From Phycisphaeraceae bacterium (lineage in GTDB: Bacteria; Planctomycetota; Phycisphaerae; Phycisphaerales; Phycisphaeraceae), in assembly GCA_963674705.1 (NCBI GenBank), contig OY771506.1, forward strand, positions 288,001 to 352,000: a stretch of 64,000 bases of DNA, in the 5' to 3' direction. The notes under the pieces were generated by a model. It was not told the origin of the DNA. It saw only the letters and a list, made by a program, of their open reading frames with translations, and did no database searches. Made by a program: the position numbers and the translations under genes. Below, one piece after another: positions 36,930 to 48,073 of this stretch (within the stretch, counting starts at the first letter, position 1; each line of letters starts with the position of its first letter).

Positions 36930-38609
36930 TCACTTGGAATCTTGCTCACCACCTCGACCACGCAGAAGGCGGTTCACCTCCAGGCCCAGACGCCGGCCGA
37001 TCCAATCCTCCTCGTTCACGGTCGTCGTAGCGCCAGCCCGCTGGATGTCATCGGCGAAGACGTGATACCGGCTGCGGGCGATGATGGGGATGTCTGCCCG
37101 CAGGCTCCTGACGTGGCGGATCACGGTGACGACCGCGCGGTGGTCCGGGATGGTGACAACGACGACACGGGCCTCGGGAATGCCCAGATGCTGCACCAGC
37201 TCGGGGTTGGTCGCATCGCCGACCTGCACGCCCAATCCCATGCTTTTCGCCAGGGTGAGGTTGCGAGGATTCAGATCCACGACCAGGAGGTTGGTCTGGC
37301 GTTTGAACATCTTGGCGTACATGCGCTGGGCGGCCGGGCCGAAGCCAATGACGATGATGTGGTCTTTCAAAGTGGCGGTCGCAGCACTCGGCTCGACCGG
37401 GCTCGGTTTTTCCAGCCCGACCGCACGGACGGCGCGTTGTATGACCCGGCCGAACTTCGGGCCCCCGGCTACGAGATACGGCGTTAGGAAAAGCGTTACC
37501 AGGGTGGATGAGACGAACAGCTTAAATGTGTTTTCCTGAAGGATCCCGCTGCCGCCGGCAAAGGCGACCTGTGCCAGGACAAAAGAGAACTCCCCTACCT
37601 GCGCCAACGACAGGCCCGCCCCCGCGGCATGGCGGATGCGTGGCATGAAAAGGCGGACGACGGCTGACGTGATCAGCGTCTTGCCCACGATGATGATGCC
37701 GACGGTCATGACGATCAGCGCCCAGTTGGACGCGATCCACTTAATGTCACCCAGCATGCCGACGGAGGTGAAGAACAGGGTGACAAACAAAGCTCGTAAC
37801 GCGCCGACATCCGCACGGACCTGAACCGAGAACGGGCTTTCTGCAAGCAGCATCCCGGCAATGAAAGCACCGATGGCGGGGCTCAATCCGACGCCGTGCG
37901 CCGCCCAGGCAGAACCGATCGCTAATACGATCGAAAGCAGGATCGCCAACTCGCGGTTGCGTGACAGCGTGGGATCGCGCATCACACGTGGCAGTAAGAA
38001 GGCACTGATCAGGTACATCACAAGCCCGAGGCCGATGATCAAAAGCAGTTTCTGGCCCAGGCCCAGCATGATCGCGGCCGGGCTGGGATTATCACCCAGC
38101 ATGGTGACGATCAAAACCAACGGCACGACAGCGATGTCCTGCAAGAGCAATACGCCCAGGCATGTCCGGCCCGTCATGCTGTCCATTTCCGCACGGTCGG
38201 ACAAGACGCGCAGGACACACGCAGTGCTGCTGAGGCAAACAATCGCCCCCACCGCAACGGCTTCCGCGCCTTGTAAACCTATCCACCGCGCGACACCGGC
38301 ACCGATGATGCAGGTCAAAATGACTTGCAGTGATCCGCCGCCCAAACCGACCGCGCCGATCTTGAGTAATCGGCGCAGCGAGAATTCCAGGCCGATGACA
38401 AACAGTAATAAGGAAACGCCCAGTTCGGCGATCGCGTCAACCGATTCCGCGGCCTGTACCCACTTCAATGGTCCGCCCGGGCCCAAGAGCAAACCGGCGA
38501 GCAGGTAGCCGAGGATTGCGCTTTGCCGCAGCCGTTCAAATACCGCCCCCAGCACCAGCGCACCGGCCAGCAGGATCAGAACTTCGGTCAAAGCTTCCCA
38601 GAACGGCAT
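36930..38609 (-). CDS. CPA2 cation:proton antiporter with TrkA-N domain (KefC-like)
   Basis: LLLFVIGLEFS, LSSTA, LLLQDI, LAQVGEFSFVL, IVIGFG, GDAT. Confidence 0.92.
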   Translation of the reverse strand: MPFWEALTEVLILLAGALVLGAVFERLRQSAILGYLLAGLLLGPGGPLKWVQAAESVDAIAELGVSLLLFVIGLEFSLRRLLKIGAVGLGGGSLQVILTCIIGAGVARWIGLQGAEAVAVGAIVCLSSTACVLRVLSDRAEMDSMTGRTCLGVLLLQDIAVVPLVLIVTMLGDNPSPAAIMLGLGQKLLLIIGLGLVMYLISAFLLPRVMRDPTLSRNRELAILLSIVLAIGSAWAAHGVGLSPAIGAFIAGMLLAESPFSVQVRADVGALRALFVTLFFTSVGMLGDIKWIASNWALIVMTVGIIIVGKTLITSAVVRLFMPRIRHAAGAGLSLAQVGEFSFVLAQVAFAGGSGILQENTFKLFVSSTLVTLFLTPYLVAGGPKFGRVIQRAVRAVGLEKPSPVEPSAATATLKDHIIVIGFGPAAQRMYAKMFKRQTNLLVVDLNPRNLTLAKSMGLGVQVGDATNPELVQHLGIPEARVVVVTIPDHRAVVTVIRHVRSLRADIPIIARSRYHVFADDIQRAGATTTVNEEDWIGRRLGLEVNRLLRGRGGEQDSK

Positions 38610-38897
38610 ATGTCATCCTTAACCCGGCGCGTCTGTATTTTTAAATCCGTCCACTACCCGACAGCCATCATATGCAAGGATCCAGGGTCGGGCTTATTTA
38701 TCCAAACAATCGATGATGAGCTTACCCATGCGAGCAGGATACCCGATATTCCCGTAGTCTGTGATTGTTCTATAACCATGGATTATCGCGAAAAAAGCCG
38801 CGTTCACGCTCTGGTCGGTGGATAGAAGCCCGTTATAATTGCTGCCCCATGTGTCCGTGCGTGGGCACATCGGATCAAAATTAAAACAATTAACCAC

Positions 38898-39800
38898 TTG
38901 GAATTTTTTGCTGTGGCTGTCAAAAAGATCTGGTTTAATGGAAAACTCGTTCCGCCTGAGCAGGCATGTGTCAGCGTGTATGACCACGGGCTGTTGTATG
39001 GCGATGGTATTTTTGAGGGTATCCGTGCCTACAACGGGCGGATCTTCAAGATGGATAGCCACCTCAAGCGTTTGTACGCATCCGCGGCCGCGATCCGCCT
39101 TGAAGTGCCTTACGAAGTCGATGAACTAAGGCAGGCGATTCGTGATACGGTTGCTGCAAACGACCGGACCGATGCTTACATCCGTTTGTGTGTGACCCGT
39201 GGCGTAGGGACGCTTGGGCTCAATCCGTTCACCTGCAATCAGGCCACGGTTTTTATCATCGCTGATAACATCAATATCTACCCGCAGGAATTGTATGAGC
39301 TAGGGATGGAGGTGATTATCGCCAAGACCATCCGCAACCACCCCAGCGCATTGTCTCCCGCCATCAAAAGCATGAACTACCTGAATAACATCCTCGCCAA
39401 GATCGAAGCGATCGACGGCGGGGTGCTTGAAGCGGTGATGCTCAACCACAAGGGCAACGTCTCCGAATGCACGGCAGACAACCTGTTTATCGTCCGTAAG
39501 AAGGATGGCAAGCCGGAACTGCTGACCCCCCCTGCCAGCGCGGGCGTGCTGGAAGGTGTCACCATGGCGACCGTGCTGGAACTGGCTGAAAACGCGGGCA
39601 TCCGGACACAGCGAACCGACCTGACGCCGGAAGACCTGTTCCAGGCGGACGAGGCTTTCCTGACAGGCAGCGCCGCAGAGGTGATGCCAGTCACCAAGAT
39701 CGACGGAAAGATGATCGGTGACGGCAAACCGGGCCCGGTGACTTTGCAGCTGTTCAAAACGTTCCACGAACTGACCCGCGGCCAAGTGCCAGAAGACTGA
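38898..39800 (+). CDS. ilvE: Branched-chain amino acid aminotransferase (start may be GTG 38913)
   Basis: DHGLLYGDGIFEGIRAY, IKSMNYLNNILAK, LEGVT, DEAFLTGSAAEV. Confidence 0.93.
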   Translation: MEFFAVAVKKIWFNGKLVPPEQACVSVYDHGLLYGDGIFEGIRAYNGRIFKMDSHLKRLYASAAAIRLEVPYEVDELRQAIRDTVAANDRTDAYIRLCVTRGVGTLGLNPFTCNQATVFIIADNINIYPQELYELGMEVIIAKTIRNHPSALSPAIKSMNYLNNILAKIEAIDGGVLEAVMLNHKGNVSECTADNLFIVRKKDGKPELLTPPASAGVLEGVTMATVLELAENAGIRTQRTDLTPEDLFQADEAFLTGSAAEVMPVTKIDGKMIGDGKPGPVTLQLFKTFHELTRGQVPED

Positions 39801-40006
39801 ACCGTCGCGAGTTAACCTCCTTAGCTATCAAACAGGCGATCAATTAATACCAAGGTCACAAGGCATCAGTGCCATGTTGGCCTTGGTTTGTTGCGGCATC
39901 GTCTCAAGAGCCATTCCATGGTTCTCGGACGTAAGTACCTCATGAAACGAACATAAGTTTTCAACAAAACTTGAACAGAAGTGCAATGCTATGCAAACTA
40001 AAGGAC

Positions 40007-41365
40007 ATGTCGCTCACCGATTCACTTGCTTACCTGACTGCGGAACTGCCTGGTATTGGTGGCGCGATAAAGCAACGGCCACAAGACTTCCTTGTGGAAG
40101 AGCAGCCGTTGTACCCAACGCGTGGGCACGGTGAGCATCTGTTCCTGCTGGTTGAAAAGACATCTGTTACCACGACGGACGTTGTCCGGGACTTGGCGCG
40201 AGCCTTCCGTGTGGGTCGAAACGATATCGGCTATGCCGGGCTCAAAGACAAGCATGCGATCGTCCGCCAGCACTTCTCGATCTGGTTGCCCGATCGTCAT
40301 GATGAAGAAACCTGTATCAACCGGCTCAATGATCGCCGGCTGATCAAGGTGCTGTGGTCGGACCGTCATACCAACAAACTCCGCCGGGGACATCACGGCG
40401 GGAACCGGTTCGTCATCCGGGTCCGGGACGTGAAGCCGAGCGACGCCGCCAAGGCCAAGGCCATCATCGATCAGCTATTTGCTGAGGGCGTCCCGAACTT
40501 CGTCGGCGATCAGCGTTTCGGTTACCGCCAGCACAACCACAAACTCGGCAGACACCTGCTGCGTGGCGAGTACCAGGAGTTGCTCGATGAGATGCTCGGT
40601 CAGCCGATCGACGCTGACCCGCCGAGCATGCAACGGGCGCGCACGGCATACGACCAGAGAGACTATGACGAAGCGTTAAAGCACTGGCCTAAACACCTGC
40701 GGTTTGACCGCCAGGCGCTGGATGCATTGCGCCAGGGTCATGATGCGAAGCGCGCCGTGATGGCGATCTACAAGTCGCAGCGCGAGTTCCTGATCTCGGC
40801 ATTGCAGTCGGCGATGTTCAACAGCGTGCTGGACAGGCGGATGCGCGAAGGCAAGTTGACCCGCCTGATCCCCGGCGACCTTGCCTGGAAGCACGACAGC
40901 CGAAGTGTTTTCTCTGTGGACGAAGAGACAGCCGAAAAGGAAAACGCACCGACCGGTCGTGTGCCGGCGATCGAGGTCTCGCCTTCCGGCCCGATGTGGG
41001 GTATCAACATGACGCGCGCGTCGGGCGAGCCGGGCGAAATCGAGAAGCAGGTGCTGGATGTGTTCGGCCTGTGTCCCGAGGAGTTGGCGGGTGTCGGCGA
41101 TGTGTACGCGGAAGGCTCGCGTCGGCCCATGCGTATCGCGCTGCGTGACCCGGAAGTCTCCGAAGACAGCGATCAGCACGGGCACTTCGTCAAACTAGCC
41201 TTCGAAATGCCGCGCGGCGCCTTCGCGACGATCGTTTTGCGTGAAGTCATGAAGGAAGGTGAACCGATCGAAGAAGTCGAAGAAGAAAAAGAAAAGCCTA
41301 CGGTTCCGCCGCCGGTCGTCATCACCAAATCACCCAAGACCCAATCCCCCTCCCGCTCTCAATAA
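40007..41365 (+). CDS. truD: tRNA pseudouridine(13) synthase
   Basis: DFLVEE, YAGLKDKHA, GNRF, PNFVGDQRFG, SALQSAMFN, MPRGAFAT. Confidence 0.93.
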   Translation: MSLTDSLAYLTAELPGIGGAIKQRPQDFLVEEQPLYPTRGHGEHLFLLVEKTSVTTTDVVRDLARAFRVGRNDIGYAGLKDKHAIVRQHFSIWLPDRHDEETCINRLNDRRLIKVLWSDRHTNKLRRGHHGGNRFVIRVRDVKPSDAAKAKAIIDQLFAEGVPNFVGDQRFGYRQHNHKLGRHLLRGEYQELLDEMLGQPIDADPPSMQRARTAYDQRDYDEALKHWPKHLRFDRQALDALRQGHDAKRAVMAIYKSQREFLISALQSAMFNSVLDRRMREGKLTRLIPGDLAWKHDSRSVFSVDEETAEKENAPTGRVPAIEVSPSGPMWGINMTRASGEPGEIEKQVLDVFGLCPEELAGVGDVYAEGSRRPMRIALRDPEVSEDSDQHGHFVKLAFEMPRGAFATIVLREVMKEGEPIEEVEEEKEKPTVPPPVVITKSPKTQSPSRSQ

Positions 41366-41434
41366 CAGGGCGTTTGCTGAATCAATGATCAGTAAGTTGC
41401 TGACATGGTTGGTAAAGCAACCGTGAAGCCATGT

Positions 41435-42646
41435 TCATTGGTCGCGTATCTTCAACAAGCCGATGAAGAAACCCGCAAATGCGGTCTGCACACCCAGCGT
41501 CATCGCCAGGATCGAGGGGATCACCAGGCGCATCGTGTGGAACGGGTCTAGGTCGCCGAAGTGCTGCTTGAGCCAGCCGCCCACCGCGACGCCGGCGATC
41601 GCGACACCCATGAGGAACAGCAAAGCGCCAGCCGTCAGGCACTTCTCCAAGGTAAGCCATTTTGAGAACGACATGAACTTGCTGTTGCGCGGATGCAAGC
41701 CCATGTTCACCACGAGTACCTTCGCACATACCGCAAAGATGCAGGACTGATAGCCAAGCATGACAGCCGTGGCAGCAAACAGCAGCGTATGCACATCGAG
41801 CCGGACCGAGCCGATCGTCCTGGGTTGAGGTAATAGCCACAACCCGACCAGCAGGCCGAGAACGACCAGGACCAAGCCGGGATACCAGAAGAGCCAGCGC
41901 GGGCTGAAGAGCATAAAGAAGCGCAGGCTGCGCCAGCCGTCGCGGAAGGTCCGCAGGTGCGGCGCTCTGCCGGGCGCGTCAGGCGAAAGCGTGGTTGGTA
42001 CTTCCGTGACGTTCAGGCCAAAGAGTGTTGAGCGGACCAACATTTCAAGGGCGAACGTCATGCCCTTGCTGTGCGGCCGCATTGTCGGATAAGCCTTTCG
42101 GCTGAATCCGCGCAGGCCGCAGTAGAAGTCGCCGCAATCGCTCTTGAAAAATAGCCGACCCACGCGCGTCAGAAACGGGTTGCCAAAATACCGGTGCAAA
42201 GGTGGCATCGCGCCATCGCTGATCCCGCCCTTGAAGCGGTTACCCATCACCAGGTCGTAACCTTCGCGCAGCTTTTCCAGGAACGGGGCAAGCGATGAGA
42301 AGTCGTAGCTGTCATCGGCATCGCCCATGATGACATAACTGCCGCGTGTAACGCTGATGCCTGCATCCAATGCTGAGCCGTAGCCGCGCTTTTCAACATG
42401 GATGACACGCACGCCCAGGTCTTTAGCGATCTCGATGGAGCCGTCCGTGCTGCCGTTATCCGCAATGATGACTTCGCCGACCACGTTCGCCTGCTCAAAG
42501 AAGCCCAACGCTTTACGTATGCAGATCCCAAGCGAAGCCGCCTCATTCAAACATGGCATCACGACCGACAATTCGACCGCCGTCGGGGGGTGAGCCCCCG
42601 CTATTTCGCGTTGCGCCGAGTTGTCGGTAGTCGATACGCTTGTCAT
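41435..42646 (-). CDS. GT2 polyprenol-phosphate glycosyltransferase with C-terminal TM helices
   Basis: VVMPCLNE, ADNGSTDGS, MGDADDSYD, GNRF, CGLRGF. Confidence 0.9.
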   Translation of the reverse strand: MTSVSTTDNSAQREIAGAHPPTAVELSVVMPCLNEAASLGICIRKALGFFEQANVVGEVIIADNGSTDGSIEIAKDLGVRVIHVEKRGYGSALDAGISVTRGSYVIMGDADDSYDFSSLAPFLEKLREGYDLVMGNRFKGGISDGAMPPLHRYFGNPFLTRVGRLFFKSDCGDFYCGLRGFSRKAYPTMRPHSKGMTFALEMLVRSTLFGLNVTEVPTTLSPDAPGRAPHLRTFRDGWRSLRFFMLFSPRWLFWYPGLVLVVLGLLVGLWLLPQPRTIGSVRLDVHTLLFAATAVMLGYQSCIFAVCAKVLVVNMGLHPRNSKFMSFSKWLTLEKCLTAGALLFLMGVAIAGVAVGGWLKQHFGDLDPFHTMRLVIPSILAMTLGVQTAFAGFFIGLLKIRDQ

Positions 42647-42655
42647 GGCGATAGC

Positions 42656-44581
42656 TTATTCTGATTTTCCCAATGCTGGACAATGGTACACAAAGCACTT
42701 GCCTCGCGGCAGCACCACGACATCAGCCGACCTGACCCGATCGGCATAGTTAACGTTGTCTGCGGTTCGTTCTTCCAATCCCACGAAACGGTACTGAAAA
42801 GTCTGCCACCACTGCGTGGGCGTGCGGATGGGATGGCCCTTGAAAATCAGCGATGAACCGATCCGCCAACTGAGCATATCGCGCACAGCTTGCAGCGATT
42901 GCTCCTGTCGATCGAATAGCGGCTTAAGGTAATCGGGGATCGGCTCAATCGATGGAAGTACACTGGCTACGTGTGGGGCGAGTTCTTCACGGTACAAACG
43001 CGACTGGATGCGCGACACCCAATCGTTGGCTTGCGCATCACTCAGTTCGATACCCGCATCAGCAGCAAGCCGCTTGACCTCTTCGGCTTGCGGGGGATAC
43101 GCAAAGATGGCCTTATCGAAAATGACAATCGGGCCGGGGTAACTATCAAGGTATGGCTTTCGGATCGGGGCGACACTCTGGATCGGCAGGCCCGTGTAGT
43201 AAGTCAGGACCAACTGGTAGTTGGGCGTGCCGTAGATGCGTGCATCGGTCGGCAGGTCTGCCTCATTAAGGTGCTGGATAACCGTCTCGACATGTTCGTA
43301 AGGCTGGCGGTTGGTATTGAGCGTATCAGTATCGATCAGTCGGCCGGAACCCGCCAGCAGGAAAAGCACGATGATGGGCGCGATGACCGAGGCCCAGCGT
43401 TTATTGATAAGCAAAGCGATGCCGCCCACGATCATGGATGCCAACAAGATACAAGGCACCGCGATCATCAATGATAAGCGTGTCAAAAAGAAGCTTGCGG
43501 CAGGCATGCAAAAGGCATAGCACAGATACATAACACCGGCCCAGATCGATACCAGCGCAAACGCCCCTCGATTGACGCCGAACGCTTCAACCACGCGCGG
43601 CGGCATGCGATCGGCAAAGCACCAGACAAGTGACGCGGCAATAATGCCTGTGAAGAATAGCACCAGTTCAACCGGCCGCTGCATGATGTAACTGATCAGG
43701 GCCTGCCAGAACCCGTCCATCTGCCAGGCGGGTGGGATGGATTCGGTGCTGTGCAGGAACCCGGTCAATAAAACCCAAGGCAAAGTGCCGCACAGAACGA
43801 TCCCAAAAGCCGTAAACCGTTTCTTCCACACGTGCTCGCTGCGCTTGTGCCAGGGCAAGGTAATCAATGCCACGATGCACATGCCAAGACAGGAGCTGAG
43901 GTGAGTGTGAAATAGCAGCACCCACATGATCGAAGCGACCATGTAATCGCGCCACGCCCCGCGGCGGATCAACCGCCAAAGCGACCAGCCGCAGCCGGCG
44001 ATGAGGGTGATCGTCAATGAGTAGTATCGCGCTTGCGAACCGTAATAGACATTCTTCTTGGCAACCGCCGCATACACCAGCGCCGCCCACCCGGCCGCCG
44101 GACCCGCAAGCTCCCTCGCCAACCTGAACATGACCAGCATAAACACGATCGAGAACAGGATCGCCGGCAATCTCGGTACGACCGTCCGGCGCATCAGCGT
44201 GTCTGCCTGGTGCACGGGCTTAAGTGTATCTGGACGTGTATCGGGCTCTTGACCGAACAATGCCATGGAACCCGCAATCGAATACAAAGGCAGCCAGCCG
44301 TGGTACACCACCACGCCTTTGTCCGAATAACTCAGGTCCTTGAACTCATACTCCTCATGGCCCGGCCAGGGACGCATCAGGATATTCTCAAAGATCGGCT
44401 CATCCAGAAAGCGATCGGTCGGGATGCCATGCAGAAGAATCGTCTGAGCGTTGATGCTGGATTCCGCCTCGTCTTCCCATAGCGGGGTATCGGCCGCACT
44501 GAAACCGCGCAGCAACAGCCCGATCGCGATTAACGAGATCAATGCGACCCAACTTCCAGGCTTTAACTTACCAGTCGACAT
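42656..44581 (-). CDS. GT-C (GT39-like) membrane glycosyltransferase
   Basis: LWEDEAES, RLPA, QARYYSL, FHTH; many TM helices; co-oriented with the GT2 gene. Confidence 0.75.
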   Translation of the reverse strand: MSTGKLKPGSWVALISLIAIGLLLRGFSAADTPLWEDEAESSINAQTILLHGIPTDRFLDEPIFENILMRPWPGHEEYEFKDLSYSDKGVVVYHGWLPLYSIAGSMALFGQEPDTRPDTLKPVHQADTLMRRTVVPRLPAILFSIVFMLVMFRLARELAGPAAGWAALVYAAVAKKNVYYGSQARYYSLTITLIAGCGWSLWRLIRRGAWRDYMVASIMWVLLFHTHLSSCLGMCIVALITLPWHKRSEHVWKKRFTAFGIVLCGTLPWVLLTGFLHSTESIPPAWQMDGFWQALISYIMQRPVELVLFFTGIIAASLVWCFADRMPPRVVEAFGVNRGAFALVSIWAGVMYLCYAFCMPAASFFLTRLSLMIAVPCILLASMIVGGIALLINKRWASVIAPIIVLFLLAGSGRLIDTDTLNTNRQPYEHVETVIQHLNEADLPTDARIYGTPNYQLVLTYYTGLPIQSVAPIRKPYLDSYPGPIVIFDKAIFAYPPQAEEVKRLAADAGIELSDAQANDWVSRIQSRLYREELAPHVASVLPSIEPIPDYLKPLFDRQEQSLQAVRDMLSWRIGSSLIFKGHPIRTPTQWWQTFQYRFVGLEERTADNVNYADRVRSADVVVLPRGKCFVYHCPALGKSE

Positions 44582-44691
44582 ATCGGACCTGCATCGGCTT
44601 AGCCCCATAACACATCGGGCCGGATAGCCTGGTGGAACAGTATAGCTACAGGGTTTATCGACCAGCTTTAAGTTAAAAATCAGATAGCGCT

Positions 44692-46200
44692 TTACGGATG
44701 ATTGCCGATCTGCTCATCCAGCATGTCCGACGCTTCCTGGACCGTTTTGCCGTCGACGTCAACCATCTGGTTGGCCTTTCGCATCAATTCGACATTGATG
44801 CTGTCGATTAACGGCTGGAGTGCACGCACAAGCTGCGGGTCCCTGGAAGCCTCGGGAGACAGCATAAGCACCGCGTCGTAAGGCGGGAAAACATGACGCG
44901 TATCGCTAAGCGTTGTCAGATCGAACGCTGCGATACGGCCGTCGGTGGAAAAGGCGGTGATCGCATCCACCTCACCATCAGCGACCGCCTGATACATCAG
45001 GGACGCATCGAAGTTCATCAGACGCTTAAATGCCAGGCGGTAGGTATCGCGAAGGTTGTACCACTCGGGCCGGTTGAAGAACTCGTAGTCACCGCCCATG
45101 ACCATATCGGGGGCGTGTCCGGCAAGGCCGTCGATGGTCTTGATACCGAGAGACTCGGCACGGTCGCATCGCATGGCAACGGCGTAGGTATTCTCAAAAC
45201 CAAGCGGGCCCAAGCACTTGATGCCGTGTTCTTCTTCGAGCCATTGGTCGACGGCTTCAAGCACTTCCGGGCCGGAGGCCATGTCCTCGCGTTTCATGTA
45301 GTTGGCCCAGACCGTGCCGGAGTAATCGACATAAACGTCGATCTGGTTCGTACGCAGCGCATCGAACGCAACGGTGGAACCAAGGCTTTCCGACACATCG
45401 ACACCGAAGCCTGAATCCTGGATACGATTGGCAATGAGTCGACCAAGCACGTATTGCTCGGTGAAACCCTTGGACCCGATGCGGACGATGCGCCCTTCCT
45501 GGGCTGGTTTGAGTAACGGAGATGCCCACCCGCCGCCGATGACGATCACCAGCCCGAGGATGGCGATGATGCCCTTGCTCGTGCTGCGCTGCCTTGCAGC
45601 GACTTCGGCCAGAGCAATCAGCGCATCAAGGATCACCGCCAAGGATGCGGCGGCGACACAACCGAACAAGACAGCCGTCCAGTTCTGCGTCTGAAGCCCG
45701 CTGAAGATGTAATTCCCAAGACAAGTCTGGCCGACAGGCGTCGCAAGAGTCGCAATGCCAACGACCCAGACGGTGGCGGTGCGGATGCCGGCAATGACCA
45801 TCGGCGCAGCCAACGGTAATTCGACTTTCATCAAGAGCTGCATCGGCGTCATGCCCATGCCGCGCCCCGCTTCGGTCAATGCCGGATCAACCTGCGCGAT
45901 GCCCGTCACGGTGTTGCGCAGGATCGGCAGGATGCTGTAGAGCAGTAACGCAAATAACGCCGAGCGGAACCCGAACCCGATCAAAGGCACCATCAATGCC
46001 AGAAGCGCCAGGCTCGGGATCGTCTGAATGATCCCCGCAGCAGTCAGAACAGGCCAGCGCAAGGGTTTGCACTTGGCGATCAACACCGCGACCGGCACGC
46101 TCAACAAAATGCCTAACCCCAGCGCATAAGCGGACAATTCGATATGAGCGCCGAGGTACTCCGGCAACTTCTGGAATTGGTTGACCAGGTTCTCGTTCAT
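44692..46200 (-). CDS. Opu/ProU-type ABC transporter, fused permease and substrate-binding domain
   Basis: QTIPSLALL, EAGRGMGMT, VELPLA; GSKGFTEQ, YSGT, GFENTYA, FPPY. Confidence 0.92.
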   Translation of the reverse strand: MNENLVNQFQKLPEYLGAHIELSAYALGLGILLSVPVAVLIAKCKPLRWPVLTAAGIIQTIPSLALLALMVPLIGFGFRSALFALLLYSILPILRNTVTGIAQVDPALTEAGRGMGMTPMQLLMKVELPLAAPMVIAGIRTATVWVVGIATLATPVGQTCLGNYIFSGLQTQNWTAVLFGCVAAASLAVILDALIALAEVAARQRSTSKGIIAILGLVIVIGGGWASPLLKPAQEGRIVRIGSKGFTEQYVLGRLIANRIQDSGFGVDVSESLGSTVAFDALRTNQIDVYVDYSGTVWANYMKREDMASGPEVLEAVDQWLEEEHGIKCLGPLGFENTYAVAMRCDRAESLGIKTIDGLAGHAPDMVMGGDYEFFNRPEWYNLRDTYRLAFKRLMNFDASLMYQAVADGEVDAITAFSTDGRIAAFDLTTLSDTRHVFPPYDAVLMLSPEASRDPQLVRALQPLIDSINVELMRKANQMVDVDGKTVQEASDMLDEQIGNHP

Positions 46201-46973
46201 GCCTCGGCGGACTCCTCGGCCAAAGCCTCAAGCCGGTCCGCCTGCCGCTTGGGCATCTGCATCAGCGAACGCACGTAGTCATCCACCGGCTTGGTCAACA
46301 TCTCGTGCGGCGTACCATATTGCAGCACGTGCCCGCCACTGATTACCGCGATACGATCGGCCATCAATAGCGCCTCGGTCATGTCGTGCGTCACCATCAC
46401 GGTGGTAAGCCCGAGTCGTTTGTGGATATTGACGAATTCATCCTGAAGCGTGTCGCGCGTCAGCGGGTCGAGCGCCCCGAACGGTTCGTCCATGAGCATG
46501 ATCTTGGGTTTAGCGGAAAGAGCACGCGCGACGCCGATGCGCTGCCGTTGCCCGCCGGATAATTCTCGCGGATAACGGTCGCGGTATTCATCCGGCTCCA
46601 GGCTGACCAGTGATAACAATTCATCGACGCGCTGGGCGGTTTGTGCTTTATCCCAACCCAGCAGGCCCGGCACAACAGCGATGTTCTGCCCGACGGTCAG
46701 ATGCGGAAACAGACCGATACCCTGAAAGACGTAACCGATCGCGCGGCGAAGCTGCACCGCGTCGACGCTGCGGTTATCCACACCATCGACTTCAACTACG
46801 CCTGAGGTCGGTTCGATCAGACGGTTGATCATCTTGAGTGTTGTCGTCTTGCCGCAGCCGGATTCGCCCAGCAGCACGACCAGCTCGCCGGCGCACACTT
46901 CGAGCGTCAAACGGTCGACCGCGACGACGGCACCGTGGTTATAGCTCTTGGTGACCTCTTTAAGGTGGATCAT
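46197..46973 (-). CDS. Opu/ProU-type ABC ATP-binding protein
   Basis: GESGCGKTT, LSGGQRQRIG, LMDEPFGALD, VTHD; ATGA overlap with the permease gene. Confidence 0.95.
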   Translation of the reverse strand: MIHLKEVTKSYNHGAVVAVDRLTLEVCAGELVVLLGESGCGKTTTLKMINRLIEPTSGVVEVDGVDNRSVDAVQLRRAIGYVFQGIGLFPHLTVGQNIAVVPGLLGWDKAQTAQRVDELLSLVSLEPDEYRDRYPRELSGGQRQRIGVARALSAKPKIMLMDEPFGALDPLTRDTLQDEFVNIHKRLGLTTVMVTHDMTEALLMADRIAVISGGHVLQYGTPHEMLTKPVDDYVRSLMQMPKRQADRLEALAEESAEA

Positions 46974-47005
46974 CTACAAGGACTGGGGCAAGGTTGGATG
47001 ACGAT

Positions 47006-47809
47006 TTAGAGATTGCGATATTCGTCGGGGACATCGCGCCGTTTCGTGGCGACGACCGCGACATAGTGCAACGGTTCGCCGGTGATAGCCAGGCGGTGCG
47101 GGTAGCGGCGGTAAGCCTCCATGCGGATGATGCCGTCGTCACAGAGCTTGTGGATCAAACCGGCGAATCCCGCACGATCGCTCTCATCGAGGAAGTCCTC
47201 CTTGATGTTGAAAGCGATCCAGCCGGGTGTATCGATCAGGTCCAGTGCATTAAGAAACGCGGCGGCGGGGATATCGCCAAAACCAAGTGCCGCAACGGTG
47301 GAAAGGCAGTTGAGCCCTTGCTTGCGTAGCTTCTCCTCGACCGGTTCGGGGATGTCGGTCATGTCAGTAACGACGTAGTCTTCATAAACCTCCGGCCGAT
47401 CGCGCAGCGCTGCTTTCTTCGCTTCGGGGATGATGTCGACACCGACGACTTTTTCGACGCCCGCGTCTTTGAGTTCCTCGCCGACCATGCCGTTGCCTGC
47501 GCCGAGGTCGAGCACTTTCAAATCTTCCGGGCTATCGGGGTGATCTTCGAGCACTTCGTTGAGTTGCTGGACGACACGCTCAGGGGAACAACACCCCAAA
47601 CGCTCATAAAAAATCGCCTCATACAATCCGGGCCGATCGTAGATTTCGTGGTAATCGTGGAATCGCAAGCGATGCCAACTCCCGTCTTCACGTACTTCGC
47701 ACCATTCTTCATCCTGATCCAGGCCGTTGACGTCGGGCAAACGTATGTCGTAACCCGAGTCTGCTGCCTTGGTGAATTTTTTGGAATGTTGTGAATCGTC
47801 TGAGGTCAT
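47006..47809 (-). CDS. Class I SAM-dependent methyltransferase
   Basis: VLDLGAGNG, VVGVDI. Confidence 0.85.
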   Translation of the reverse strand: MTSDDSQHSKKFTKAADSGYDIRLPDVNGLDQDEEWCEVREDGSWHRLRFHDYHEIYDRPGLYEAIFYERLGCCSPERVVQQLNEVLEDHPDSPEDLKVLDLGAGNGMVGEELKDAGVEKVVGVDIIPEAKKAALRDRPEVYEDYVVTDMTDIPEPVEEKLRKQGLNCLSTVAALGFGDIPAAAFLNALDLIDTPGWIAFNIKEDFLDESDRAGFAGLIHKLCDDGIIRMEAYRRYPHRLAITGEPLHYVAVVATKRRDVPDEYRNL

Positions 47810-48073
47810 AATTCGGCTGCTCCTGTCATTCCCGTGGTAAAAGCCCAAGCCGAATCGCATGTACGATGTCGGCCGAAAGTCGGCTTCGTGAAAAGTGTTA
47901 GAAGACCCCCATACCTAACACACTGAGGTCTGATGTCAAGTATTGATCTGTAAATAAGATGTGAATACGCCCAGGCAGGGATTCAAATGCTTGCATAAAT
48001 CGCTTACATGTGGGAAAATACGCGACTCGACGGAATTAACCGCAATCAGTCTCTTTAGCAGGAGCGCCTCGCA

